A stretch of DNA of 64,000 bases from Selaginella moellendorffii. Lineage: Eukaryota > Plantae > Lycopodiophyta. This document shows, piece after piece, positions 39,086 through 50,117 of this stretch. Under the pieces are notes generated by a model. That model saw only the letters and a list, made by a program, of their open reading frames with translations, was not told the DNA's origin and searched no databases. Every line of letters begins with the position of its first letter. The stretch's first letter is position 1. The translations under genes and the position numbers were made by a program. The stretch is taken from assembly GCF_000143415.4 (NCBI RefSeq), contig NW_003314274.1, positions 1,378,851-1,442,850 on the forward strand, given 5' to 3'.

Positions 39086-40416
39086 CTCGAACTCCATCTC
39101 GGTCCATCTTGGACTCCCTTTCGAGTCCATCTCAGACTCCATCTTGGATTCTCTCTCAGGTTCATCTCAAACTCCTCAAGTGGGAGCTTTTAGTCCAAAC
39201 GTGTTACGCTTGTTTGGCTTTCGCTTTGGCCACTACCACGTGGCACCTTTTTAGCTCCACTTTGGGGCTTAGGGATTTGTGTTTCACACTGGGTTCGACT
39301 TGAGGGGTAGGGTGTCAAAAGAGCAGGGCTCTTTGGATAGCTGTGGCTCTTAGCTTCTGTTCATGAAGGCATGAACTTGAAAAGAAGCGTGATAGATTGT
39401 AAGTAACCAAGGAGAACGACTTGAGAGACATCCATGGGGTTTAAATATAGAAGAAAAGGGCCCATAAACAAAAGTGCACCCTCTTTTCCAATTTGTTAAA
39501 GGTCTTGGGATACATGGGGTTAAACATCATTAAGTTTGAATAGTACTAGGCTGGGTGACTTTCCGGGAAGTCTAAATTCAGAAGCTTACACATATATCTT
39601 CCTATATTCCTCGCACTTAATAAAGTTTGGACATGTACAAGAAGGAAATTCTTGAATAACAATTGTGTACTTTCCATTTTCTATTTTAACAATATACTCT
39701 TTTGCAAGCATAGTGATATACTTTGTGAAGAGATTCTCACACTCAAGCATTTGAGTTGAGCTTACTTTACCTTACTTCTGCTTAAAGATGGTATAAATAA
39801 ATGTAATTGCCTTCCCTTTTTTTCTCCTCTTAAAATTGAAACTAGATTTCTCAATGTTCACAATTTTATCCGAGATAAATGCAACCTTATTAGAAATAAA
39901 CCATTCTTTAGGTATTATATTAAATTTTGTTATTATAGTGTTTTCAAGCCATTTTATATAGTTAGCATCAATGTTGCAACAATATAGCCAACACCATCTT
40001 GAAAAATTTGCTTACTTTCATTCTCTATTGAAACATGGGGTTAAAATAAAACCAAATTTGCTACTATAGATTTAAACCTAACACTTGCCCCTCATAAGCA
40101 TCCTTATGTACTTTATAGTGGATTTTGTTGGCATTTGATAATTACTTTAGCTTTTTCATTAAGCACTTAAAGTGGCTCAATTTAAAGTGGTGTCTTAGCA
40201 CCTAACATTGGCGCCTAGAGAGCTTTCTGCTCTAAGGTCTGTACCAACCTCTTTACTAGTAAAGAAAAATAACACTATAAGTGGATAGTCTTCATATCAT
40301 CAATAAAAGCCCATAAAATATACTTTATAGATATTTATTCAACTATAGTTGTCATTAGTTAGGTAGGTGGAGTTATTTTTATTTTCATTTAATAATGTAA
40401 TATCTCAATAGAAAGC

Positions 40417-41049
40417 TATAGCACACTTTATTTCTCTCCCCTTAAGCCAACTGAAAAAAGGGCAATTGCTTGATGAAATTGCTTGATGAAAGAGCCCTCA
40501 GTGACTACTTTATCCCCATTTATCCCTTAAGGTTCCAAGAATTCATGGTGACAGTATATCCAAATCTCATCCCATGATCACATGCGCTACACTCACCCCC
40601 TCTTGAGAGATGTCAATATCCTTATTGATTATCAATATCCTTATTGACTATTGATTAACAATCCCTACTCTACTAATCCTTTCATTATGTAGACTAGATA
40701 TTCCATGTGAGGCAACTAGTCATCCACCCGTACTGCAATCCTACAGTGGATATTTTCGTCCATGGATACTCCACACAAGAGGAAGGAATTTAGGGGTAGG
40801 AATATACCTTACTCAAGGGTATATTATATTTTTAAGTAGCCACTAATCAATGGGAATTGAACCCGTGCCATTTGCTCTGATACCACATATAGCACACTTT
40901 ATCTCTCTCCTCTTAAGCCAACTAGAAAAGGGGCAATTGCTTGATAAAAGAGCCCTTAGTAGTTACTTTATCCCCATTTATCCCCCAAGGTTCTAAAGAT
41001 CCACGGTGACAATATATCCAAATCTCATCCCATAATCACATGTGCTACA
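40417..41049 (-). mobile_element. TRIM family B, copy 2
   Basis: Two LTRs homologous to copy 1, PBS TGGTATCAGAGC, PPT GAGGGGGTGAG, perfect TSD AAAGC. Confidence 0.92.
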
Positions 41050-41508
41050 AAAGCCATATTCCTAAGTATCTTCCATCATTAAATGCTAAGCCTTTTGAAT
41101 ATGAAGGGATGCTCTTGATTATTAACAACTTAGTCAAGAGATAAACTTCCATAAATGAACTCATATAGATAAGTTCATTTCAATTCAAGGATGGTGAAGA
41201 GGTGTGAAAACTCCTCTTTGCTGGAAATCTACTGTTAGTAAGAAAACAAAAGAGGAAAAGGCCCAATCTTCAAGGGCTGAGAAGAAGCATGAGTAAGAGA
41301 ATGCTGTGTATTGATAAAAAAAATGATGGAATGGAGATAGGGATCCACAATTCGGATTCCCCCCTTTGAAAGGCTAGCGGTTCTAACTGCTAGCATATAC
41401 TATATGCTGTGCGTAATTTAATCTATGGCTCTGATGCAACCCTGGGTTCAAGGTCAGAGTCCCATGAGCCTGGGTTTTTGGTTGATACACTCTGCTCCCT
41501 TGACAGAA

Positions 41509-43496
41509 CTAGACATCGTCCTCGGTGCGAACATAGTCAATCTCCATCGCTTGTTGCTGCTGCTGCTCCAGTTGATAGAGGCGATGTTTTTGCTGTGGGA
41601 GTGTAAGCTCATGGTTGGGGACACTGTCTGGTGGATCTGTCCCATCTTCCTGGAGGTCGGCTACCTCAGCCAGGAGGGTGGTATGATCATCCTCAAGCTT
41701 TTGGTAGCGGGTGTTGAGCTCTTCATATTTGAATTTGTAGGTGAATTCGTGAGCTGCTGATGGGGTTAATGGCTGCTTGGAGACGATCTTCCTGATGTCC
41801 CGGAGGTCAGTGCATACCTGCTTCATCTCTTAGAGCTGAGTATCCAGTCGGTGGTTTAAAGGCTCATAGAACTCCTTCTTGATAGCTCCCCGGGTGTATA
41901 TGAAGGAGTCTTGCTTGAGAAGATGCTTTGCGATGTCGGCTGGTGTTAAGAAGTGGTTTTCTTGCTCGCGGTGCATGCGTTGATCAAGGGCTTCAAACAA
42001 CTTGCGGGTGCAATAGCTTGGGTTGCGGAGTTTATCTTTGTACTCCTTCCTGATTTCATCGTAATCACGGCATACCTGACTCTGTGGCTGAGGCATGGCT
42101 GCTGCTCTTGCTCCTGCTCTGTGATCCTAGTGGTTCTCGCTAGGGTTCGCTGTGTTCTTGGTCCCGGGAGTTGAAGTTGCTGGAGGCTGAATCTGCTTCG
42201 TTGGATGTGGGTGACGTGGTCAGTCTGGATTCTTTGAGGTGGTTGGACATGAGCTTTTCAGTTTGATGGTGGATGAACGGCTCAGATGTGGCGCTGAAAT
42301 TAATTTATCCATTGGGAAAATTTTTTGCTTGGAATTTTGTTGAAGGGGCGGAATTTTTGTTAATGCTGGTCGTGGTATTTGCTGGAGGAGGCATGGTTGC
42401 GTGTTCTTTAAGTGATTGGCAAAGGTAGTGAATGTTTTCTTTTGTGGAACGTGTCAAGGAGGTCGGGGCGGTGAGAATGTTGTTCTCAGCTGGTGGAGAC
42501 ACTGAGTTCTGGGCGAGCAGCTGACGTTTTCCTTAGGCGATGTTGATGTGTTTGCAAGAAGTTGTCGGTTTTGGGGCTGATTCGAGTGGATGTGGGCTCT
42601 GGGGTGAGTGTGGATGGTGGTGTGAGTTGTCTTCATTGTCACTGATGACGAGGTGCTCTTGGATCAGCGGTTTTGGAGCTGGATTCACTGGTGTTTTGCG
42701 TGTGAGGTGGCAGAGAAGTGGAGTTGAATCGTTGGAGTGTTTGTTGCTGGAGCTGGTGTTGTTGGAGTGAGTTGAGCCTGATTGTTGAGATGCTGGCTTT
42801 GGTTTTTTGCTGGGAGTTGCTCCTTCTGATTCTGAGTGTTCTTCAGAGCTGTTGCTTTGTTCTATGGAGTTCGTTTGGGTTGTCCACAGTTGCTTGTTGG
42901 GAAGAGCTTGGTGGCATTGGGAAGATTACTGTCTGCATGGTCTTCTGGTTGGGTGTAGCGAGGATGGCGCGGTCGAGAAGCTTGAGAACGAGCTCGTGGA
43001 GATGATGAGCCATGTTCACACGTTTGCCGTCGAGTAGAGCTCTGTAGACTTCTGCTGTGCGCTTGCCAATGGTGCGATCTGTTGGGTGAAGTTCATAGTA
43101 GAGGAGGAGGGCTTTGAGGCCATCCATATGCTGCTCCTCGATGTCCTCCCATGTGAGCTCACCGGTAATTTCTCGATTGGCCTTGATGATTTGCTGTGGA
43201 ACTTCTCCTGAAAATTTGAGCAGTCCTTTGTTGGAGATTTTGAAAATAGAGGTGATTCTTGCTGGGCTGAGGGTGATCTCGTTGGTGCCATCGGTTATGG
43301 TGCTGTTCTTGGGGTTGAAGGAAGCAGCCAGTTTCCTCACCAGTTTTTGGTCTGGGTGTGTTGAAAAGGCCCTGTGGAGGAGCTTGAATCCATGGTCCTT
43401 GAGCCAGGTGGTTGTGTCTTTGCTGGGAAGCCTAGGAATATGGTGTATGACGTATCTAAGGTGCCGAGGTGGATGAGCTGGCATCTTTCTTTTCAT
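41509..43496 (-). pseudogene. Extra ORF 3' of pol: PMD/Athila-ORF2-like N-terminal domain, S/T/P/Q-rich linker, coiled-coil C-terminus
   Basis: LVRKLAASFNP..EITLSPARITSIFKISNKG resembles the plant-mobile-domain/Transposase_32-type pattern. The downstream ORFs 41830-42096 and 41509-41826 share a frame across one stop. Confidence 0.55.
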
Positions 43497-43879
43497 TTTC
43501 TGTGATCGAAGTGCTCGCCCCATTAGGGTTCTTGAAACCTGTAACTGTTGGTTGGCTGATCGTGCGGCACTCAATTGCTGGTGATGAACGGTAGAGATTT
43601 GTTGATGGAATTGATGTGGTTTGATTTGGCTTGATTGCAAATCAATAGTGGATATTGGTGATGAAGTTAACTCAAGTTCAACTGTTGATATTTGCTCAGG
43701 TGGCGTTGATCCAACGATAGTTTGGGACTTAGAGATTTTTGCTGCTGTTTGTTGCTGAAGAGTTCGTGTTGAGTCGAGTTGAGTTGTGTCGAACTGATTT
43801 GAGTTAAAGTTTGTCTGCTGGGGTTATTGTCAATTGTTGGTTTTGGGGTGTTTGTCGGTTTGGGTCGGAAATTTGCTGA

Positions 43880-46800
43880 CGTGCTGATGCTGAACATGTT
43901 GACATGATATGGTCGAAGCTTGTTGAGGTTGACAATCTCAGTGAAGTCTTCAGCGAGTGTGCTGACTTTGGCGGTGCCGTTGGGGTATAGTTCAATGATT
44001 TTGAAAGGTCCTTGCCAGTTGGTGTGGAGTTTTTGGCCAAGTTTGCCAATGGGTCCTTGGTACCAGAGAACATGATCGTCGACGCTGTATTTGGGAATGT
44101 TATGCCGGGATGCTTGTCGGTCGTGCCAAGCTTTTCTCTGTTTTTGGATGGCGTGAAGTGTCCAGAGGGCGTTGAGTTGGAGTTCGTCGAGATGTTTGAG
44201 TTGTTGAAGCCTTTCTCGAACTACATGTCGGGTGTCAAGATTATACTTGACGGTGACTCGCATGCTTGGGACGATGAATTCGATTGGCGTGATGGCTTCT
44301 GTTCCGAAGGCGAGTTTGAATGGCGTCATGTCAGTGGTGACTTTTTATGCAGTTCGATAGGCCGAAAGTACGTCAAGAAGTTTGTCGTCCTAGTCTTTGC
44401 CGGAATCGTTGATGACTTTTTTGAGGATGGTCTTCAGTGTTTTGTTTGTTGCTTCTGCTTGACCGTTGCCTTGAGGATAGTATGGTGTTGACATTTTGTG
44501 TTGGATTTTGAACTCAGTGGTGAGATATTCGATTGTTTCGTTGATGAAGTGGGTGCCTCTGTCAGTGACGAGTTCGAGTGGTGTGCCGAAACGAGTGATG
44601 ATATTTTCATAGATGAAGGTTGCTGTTGCTTTCGCTGTGTCATGTCGGAGAGGTATTGCTTTGGCCCACTTGGTAGTGTAATCAGTGGCGACGATGATGT
44701 ACTGATTTCGTCGGCGGGTGCTGACTTGGGGTCCGACGAAGTCGAGTCCCCATTTCTGAAATGGTGCCATTGGGAATGTTGGGTTGAGTTGTTGAGTTTG
44801 AGTTTTCGGAGGTAATCGGTGTCGTTGACATGTGTCGCAGCATTTGCAGAATTCTTCAGTGTCATGCCAGAGTGTCGGCCACCAGAGGCCGGCTTGAAGA
44901 ATCTTCCGAGTTGTGGTGTCAGCGGCAAAGTGTTTGCCGGAAGGTCCATCGTGAGCTTCCTTGATGATTTGAGTTGTGTGTGGCTGCTTGATGCATCGGT
45001 GAAGAATGTTGTCAATTCCGAGTTTGTAGAGAGTGCCTCCAATGATTGAGTATTGTCGGGTTTTAGCAACAAAAGTCTTCTTTGGTCGGAGGTAGTGTAC
45101 TGATCTGGAACTTTTGCTGAGTTCAGGTAACTGAAGACGTCGTCGAGCCAGGTTGCTGGTATTGAAACTCGGAATAGGTTTGAGTCCGGTAAGTCATCGG
45201 TAAGTCTTTCGGGTTTGTCACCGGTGGTGATCCGGCTGAGATAGTCTGCTTGCTCGTGATTTTTGCCGGGTTTGTGGACGATCTCAAAGTTGTATTCTTG
45301 TAGTAAAAGGAACCATCTTGATATTCGACCAGATAGTATCGGCTTGTTGATGAGGTAAAGGAGTGCCTTGTGGTCGACGAAAAGGATGACTTTGGTTGAC
45401 AGTATGTAGTGTCGGAACTTTTGAAGTGAGTAGATCATGCCGAGAGCTTCTTTCTCGGTGGTGATGTAATTTCGTTCAGCTGGGTTGAGTAGTCGGCTGG
45501 CGTAGTAGATCGGTTGATCTCGGTTGTCGTGTTGAGTTTGGCTGAGAATTGCACCAGTGGCAACGTCGGAAGTGTCAACATGAATGTGGAACTCTTGTGT
45601 CCAGTCAGGCTTGGCAAGGATCGGTGCTGTTGTTAGTTTGAGTTGGAGATTGTCGAATGCTTGTTGTTGTTTGGACGTCCATGTCCATTGGGCATCTTGT
45701 TTCAGTCCATCAGTGAGTGGTTTGGCGATGTGAGCGTACTTGTGGATGAATCATCGGTGATATCCGACTTTGCCAAGGAAGCGCCGAAGTTCTTTCTGAT
45801 TCCTCAGCGGTTCGAGTTTGGAGATGACGTCGACTTTGTCCTTGTTGATGAGAATGCCTTTGCAGACAACGTGGGCGAGAAGTACTCCAGATTTGACGAA
45901 GAAAGCACATTTGTCAGGGTTGAGTGCTATGTTATTCTCCTCGCACTTGTTGAGGCATTTCTCCAGGCATTCAAGATGTCGATCTTCCGAGCTGAAAACG
46001 CTGAAGTTGTCCATGAAGACTCTCATGAAGTCGGTGAGGTAGTCTCGGAAAGTGTTGGCAACGAGCCTTTGGAAGGTGAATGGGGCATTGCAGAGTCCAA
46101 AAGGCATTCGTCGGTAAGCATAGGCTCCCCATGGACTAATGAATGCTGTCTTGTGCTGATTTTCTTCAGTGATGTGAATTTGGTTGTAGCCGGAGAAACC
46201 ATCGAGGAAGGAGTACATCTCGTGTCCGGCAACTGCGTCAAGAACTTCGTTGGTAAATGGTATCAGGAAGACATCTTTTTTGGTGGCATCGTTGAGCTGT
46301 TTATAGTTGATGCAGATTTGAAGTTTGCCATTTTTCTTCGGCACAACCACCAGTGGTGAAAGCCATATCAGATTCTGAATTGGGTAGATGTACTCAACTT
46401 GGAGAAGCTTGTCAAGTTCTTTCTTTACTTGTTCCATCAGATTCGGATTCATCCGGTAGGCTGCTTGTCTTCTTGGTTTTGAGTCTGGAAGAAGGGTGAT
46501 GGTGTGAAGGCTGAGTTTTGGTGAAACTCCCTTAAGGTCTCGATAACTCCAAGTGAACAAGTGTTTCTTCTTTCAGAGAAGATTGATGCATTTGTCTCAA
46601 AAACTTGCCGAGATGTCGGTGGCAAGTACAATGTAGTGTTCATTGCCGTCGTCGGCAAGGCTGAATTTTTCGAGTTTTTGGTCGGCTGGAATGGACGGAA
46701 TGTAGGCAACTTTGTTGTGGTTGTTGACTGTGAATGCCGGTGGCACTTCGAGTTTTGTATCTTGAGTGACTGGATTTTTCAGTGTTGATGTAATCGGGGG

Positions 46801-49150
46801 TCATTCTCGTTGGAAGTCGGCGACGATTCGAAACAGGTCGATCTCGGCCAAAGGTTTGAGATCAGGGTAGGCTTTGAGAATTTGTTGTTCTTCATAGTCG
46901 TCGAGGCCATCTTCGAGATTATATTCTTCCAAGTCAATAGGTCGGTTGTGGCTGGACAGCGATTTGGTCGCTTTTGTCGACACGCTTGTCAGTCCGTCCG
47001 GTCCTCGAAGGATAAGATTGTCATTGGGCCAATCTTGATAAACTTGGGCAGTTCGGAGCCAAGGTTGACCGAGGAGAATCGAGTATCCGTCGGTCTGCTC
47101 CAGTAGTTTGAGGACATAGTTGACTGGTATTTTGACACCTTGAATGGTGGTGTTGACTTTTCGGATGATGCCTTTGGGTTGAACAGATCGATGGTCGGCC
47201 ATTTGGACATTGAAAGGTGTTGGGTGGACTGGGCTGATGTTGAGTTGTTGAACAAGACTGTCTTCAATAATATTAATGCTGGAGCCGCCATCAATTATGG
47301 CTCCTCGACCAAGGTGTTTGTTGAGCCGTAGTTCGATTGTCGGAACATTATTGTCACAATCGCCCGGTTGAATCTCAATTCGAAATGTGTCAACAGCTGT
47401 TTGTGTCAAGTTGAGTATGGACAAGTCTGTCAAAGTGTTGGTTGGTGCAGATGTCAGATCAGTGAGCTGTTTGGTGAGGTAGGGTGTAATCTTCAGCAGT
47501 TGGCCGACGGTGATCTGAATATTTTGGTTGAGGATAGTCTCTGCTACTTCTTGGATTTCGTCGAAGTTTGCCGAATTGTGTTCTGGTGTCTATGTCGATG
47601 TTGGACAATTTGTCTGTCGGTTTTCTGGTATTGAGTCTTGGCATTGTTGTCGAGCTGGTGATGGTTGAGCTTCATTGTTGGAGTCTAAAATCACTAATTC
47701 AGGTGGTTGTAGAGCGAGTTGCCGTTGTATCTTGGTGGCTAACTTCTGCTTCTTTTTCCATTCCCGGAGTTTTGTTGGGCTCTCAGGGCCTTTCTCTTCA
47801 CTATCTCTGGAATCTCTGTCCAATTGTTGTTGTTTTTCTACTCGAATTTGTGCTCGAGTTTGTACTGCCATGACTTGAGGATCTGAGTCATCATTGTTGG
47901 CATAAGGTAGTTCGTCGGTCTCGACCATCCTTGTTGTTGGTGGTTCTAATCTTGTTGTCGAGGAGGCGGCAGACCAAGTCTCGGTGGACCGCCTTGGTTT
48001 TGAAGTTGAGGTTGCCATGGTCAATTGTTGTAGTTGCCTTGGTAGCCCTGGTCTTGATAACTTTGGCCTTGGTATCTTCAGTTCTGGTATCTTGGGTATT
48101 GTTGGTATCCTTGGTTGTAGTTGTCGCAGTTTGCTGGGTAGTTCCAGTTCGGCGGGTATTGTCAATCGTTGTAGTTGTTGTAGCGAGGTTGATCATTCCA
48201 TTGTCGACTCTGGTGTTGGAAGTTGTTTCTCGGCGGTCTCCAGTTTGTCAGAGGTGGTGCCTGGTAATTGTCGAAGTATTGATTTGGATATGGTTGTCGA
48301 AACTACTGTCGGGGATAGTTCGAGACTTGTCAAATTTCTGGAGAATTTCAAAATCTGCAAGTCTTGGCATCATGACCTTCTTTGGCACAGATCTGGCATT
48401 TGGAAATTTGGAGTTTGCAGTCACTTGCTGGATGTCCTTTGTTCTTGCATTTAGTACACCAAATTCCAGATCGAAATTCTTTGATGTCGACCTTGGCTTT
48501 TCCCTTGAGCTTGTCGATTGTTTTCCTGAGTTTCCGAAGTTTTGACTTGGTGCTCTCTCCGAGTTCATCATCGGAGTCGTCGTCGGAATTGCTATCAAAA
48601 TCTGAGTTATCCGTGTCATCTACTTGTGCTGTCATTCATCGAGCTTGAACATCTTGAAGGGCTCTTGCGAGTTCGAGGTAAGTGGCAATGTTGATGTGTG
48701 TTGCCGCTTCTCGGAGGGATCGTCAGAGGCCTTGCATGTACCATTGGTAAAGTAATGTTTCAGTGGCATTGTTGCCGCATTTGCTGGCATGTTGAGTGAA
48801 GGTTTGAGTGTAGTCGTCGATGGATTGACCAGACTTCTGCTTGAGTTTTTGGATCTTGTGAAGTCGTTGGCTTTGAGTGAGGGAAGACTTGAATCGGTCT
48901 ATGAGTTTGAGTGTGAGGTCATTGAAACTTGTATTTTGAGGAAGCGTTTGAGCCCATTCGTTGGCTCTCTTTCGAAGGGTACATTGGAAGTACTATGGGA
49001 GTTCAGCCCTCTGGCTGTTGATTCGAATTGCTTCTCGGAACTGTTCAACATGTTTCTCGGCATCTTCTAACTTCAGACCATGAAATAGTGGATAGGAGAC
49101 GTGTCTTCCGACAGGTATATTGGCGACGGCGGTAGTGACTGCCATTTGCT
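43880..49150 (-). pseudogene. gag-pol of the Gypsy element (frameshifted, with stops)
   Basis: Zn knuckles CTKCKNKGHPASDC and CQICAKEGHDAKTC; protease IIDGGSSINII; RT FLDGFSGYNQI..MPFGLCNAP..FMDN; RNase H; integrase WGLDFVGP..TDRGTHF..GQAEATNK; WQGPF motif. Confidence 0.92.
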
Positions 49151-49992
49151 GTTGGTAGTAATGTCAGTATTGTCGAGGTTGTGTTGTTGGGTTCTCACCA
49201 TGGAGTCCGAAGGTGATTTGGAGCAAGGGGTTGTCGGGGTCGATGGCAAAGTCGGTGTAGGAGGAAGGTGGTGAATTGTTGTTGTTGTTTAGTGGACTCT
49301 CATCTGTTTTTTCTTCTATGTTGGGACTGTTTTTGGGTGTGTCGTCAACGTCATCGTCGGTGTCAAGTTGCTTGCCGGTGTTGATTTTCAGAAGATGGTG
49401 CTCGAACTTGTTGTTGACGTACTTGTCGGAGTTATGTTGTGTTGGTTGGGGTTGTATTTCTAAATTGTCAAAGAATTCTTCAAACGTATAGTTGTGTGGT
49501 GATTGTGGTTGCTGTAGAAGATTGTCGTCGATGATTGGTTCGTCAATCTCGTTGTTGTTGGATGATTGTAGCTGTTCGGCAGCTCGGTGTGAGTTGTTGA
49601 CTTTTTCAGTGAGTGCTTGACTATTGGACAATTCGGGTTGTTTGTCTTTACTGCTATTGACTGGGTATATTGGAGTGCGACTGTAATTGGTGAAGTTGAG
49701 TTGTTGTCTCGTTGGCACGTTGAAGTCGAAAGCATGTTCGAAAGGTCTTGCTGATAGCGGGCTTCGGTAGATGTTGGAAGCAAATGTGGGATATATTGGT
49801 GTTGTGAAGATCGGTTGGTATGGCGAAAATGGTGCTGGTCTGGTGAAGTCTGTGAAGCTGGGTGGGAAACTTGGTCGTTCGTCGTCACTGTAGATGGGGT
49901 TGGTGAATGTACCTTTGAAGTGGTTGAAAAATGCTTGAAAAATGTTTTGTTTCTCAGGCGTAGTCTATGTCGACTGCTCAAATGTTTGGTCG

Positions 49993-50117
49993 GGCTCGGG
50001 CTTGGGCACTTCGGTGGGTACCGTCGAGGGTGTTGATTCAGGCTCGGGCACTTGGGTGGGTGCTGTCAAGGGTGTTGATTCAGGCTTGGGCACTTTGGTG
50101 GGTGCCGTCGAGGGTGC
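49993..50117. repeat. 42 bp tandem repeat x3 in the Gypsy 5' region
   Basis: ggcttgggcactt.ggtgggtgccgtcgagggtgttgattca units. Confidence 0.8.

Larger units (their letters stand above)
33730..39288 (-). mobile_element. Degenerate LTR element with satellite-containing LTRs (TGTGA..CTTACA)
   Basis: 3' LTR 33730-34328 preceded on the minus strand by PPT-like GGGTGGTGGAG; 5' terminus TGTGAAAC at 39288; TSD CTAGG/CTGGG. The interior is decayed with no confidently readable pol domain. Confidence 0.7.
33386..39590 (+). mobile_element. Cassandra TRIM (5S rRNA-bearing LTRs) interrupted by a 5.6 kb LTR element
   Basis: 5' LTR 33386-33606, tRNA-Met PBS-like TGGTATTAGAG, internal domain 33607-33729 plus 39294-39397, 3' LTR 39398-39590; TSD TATAT/CATAT. 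Confidence 0.8.
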
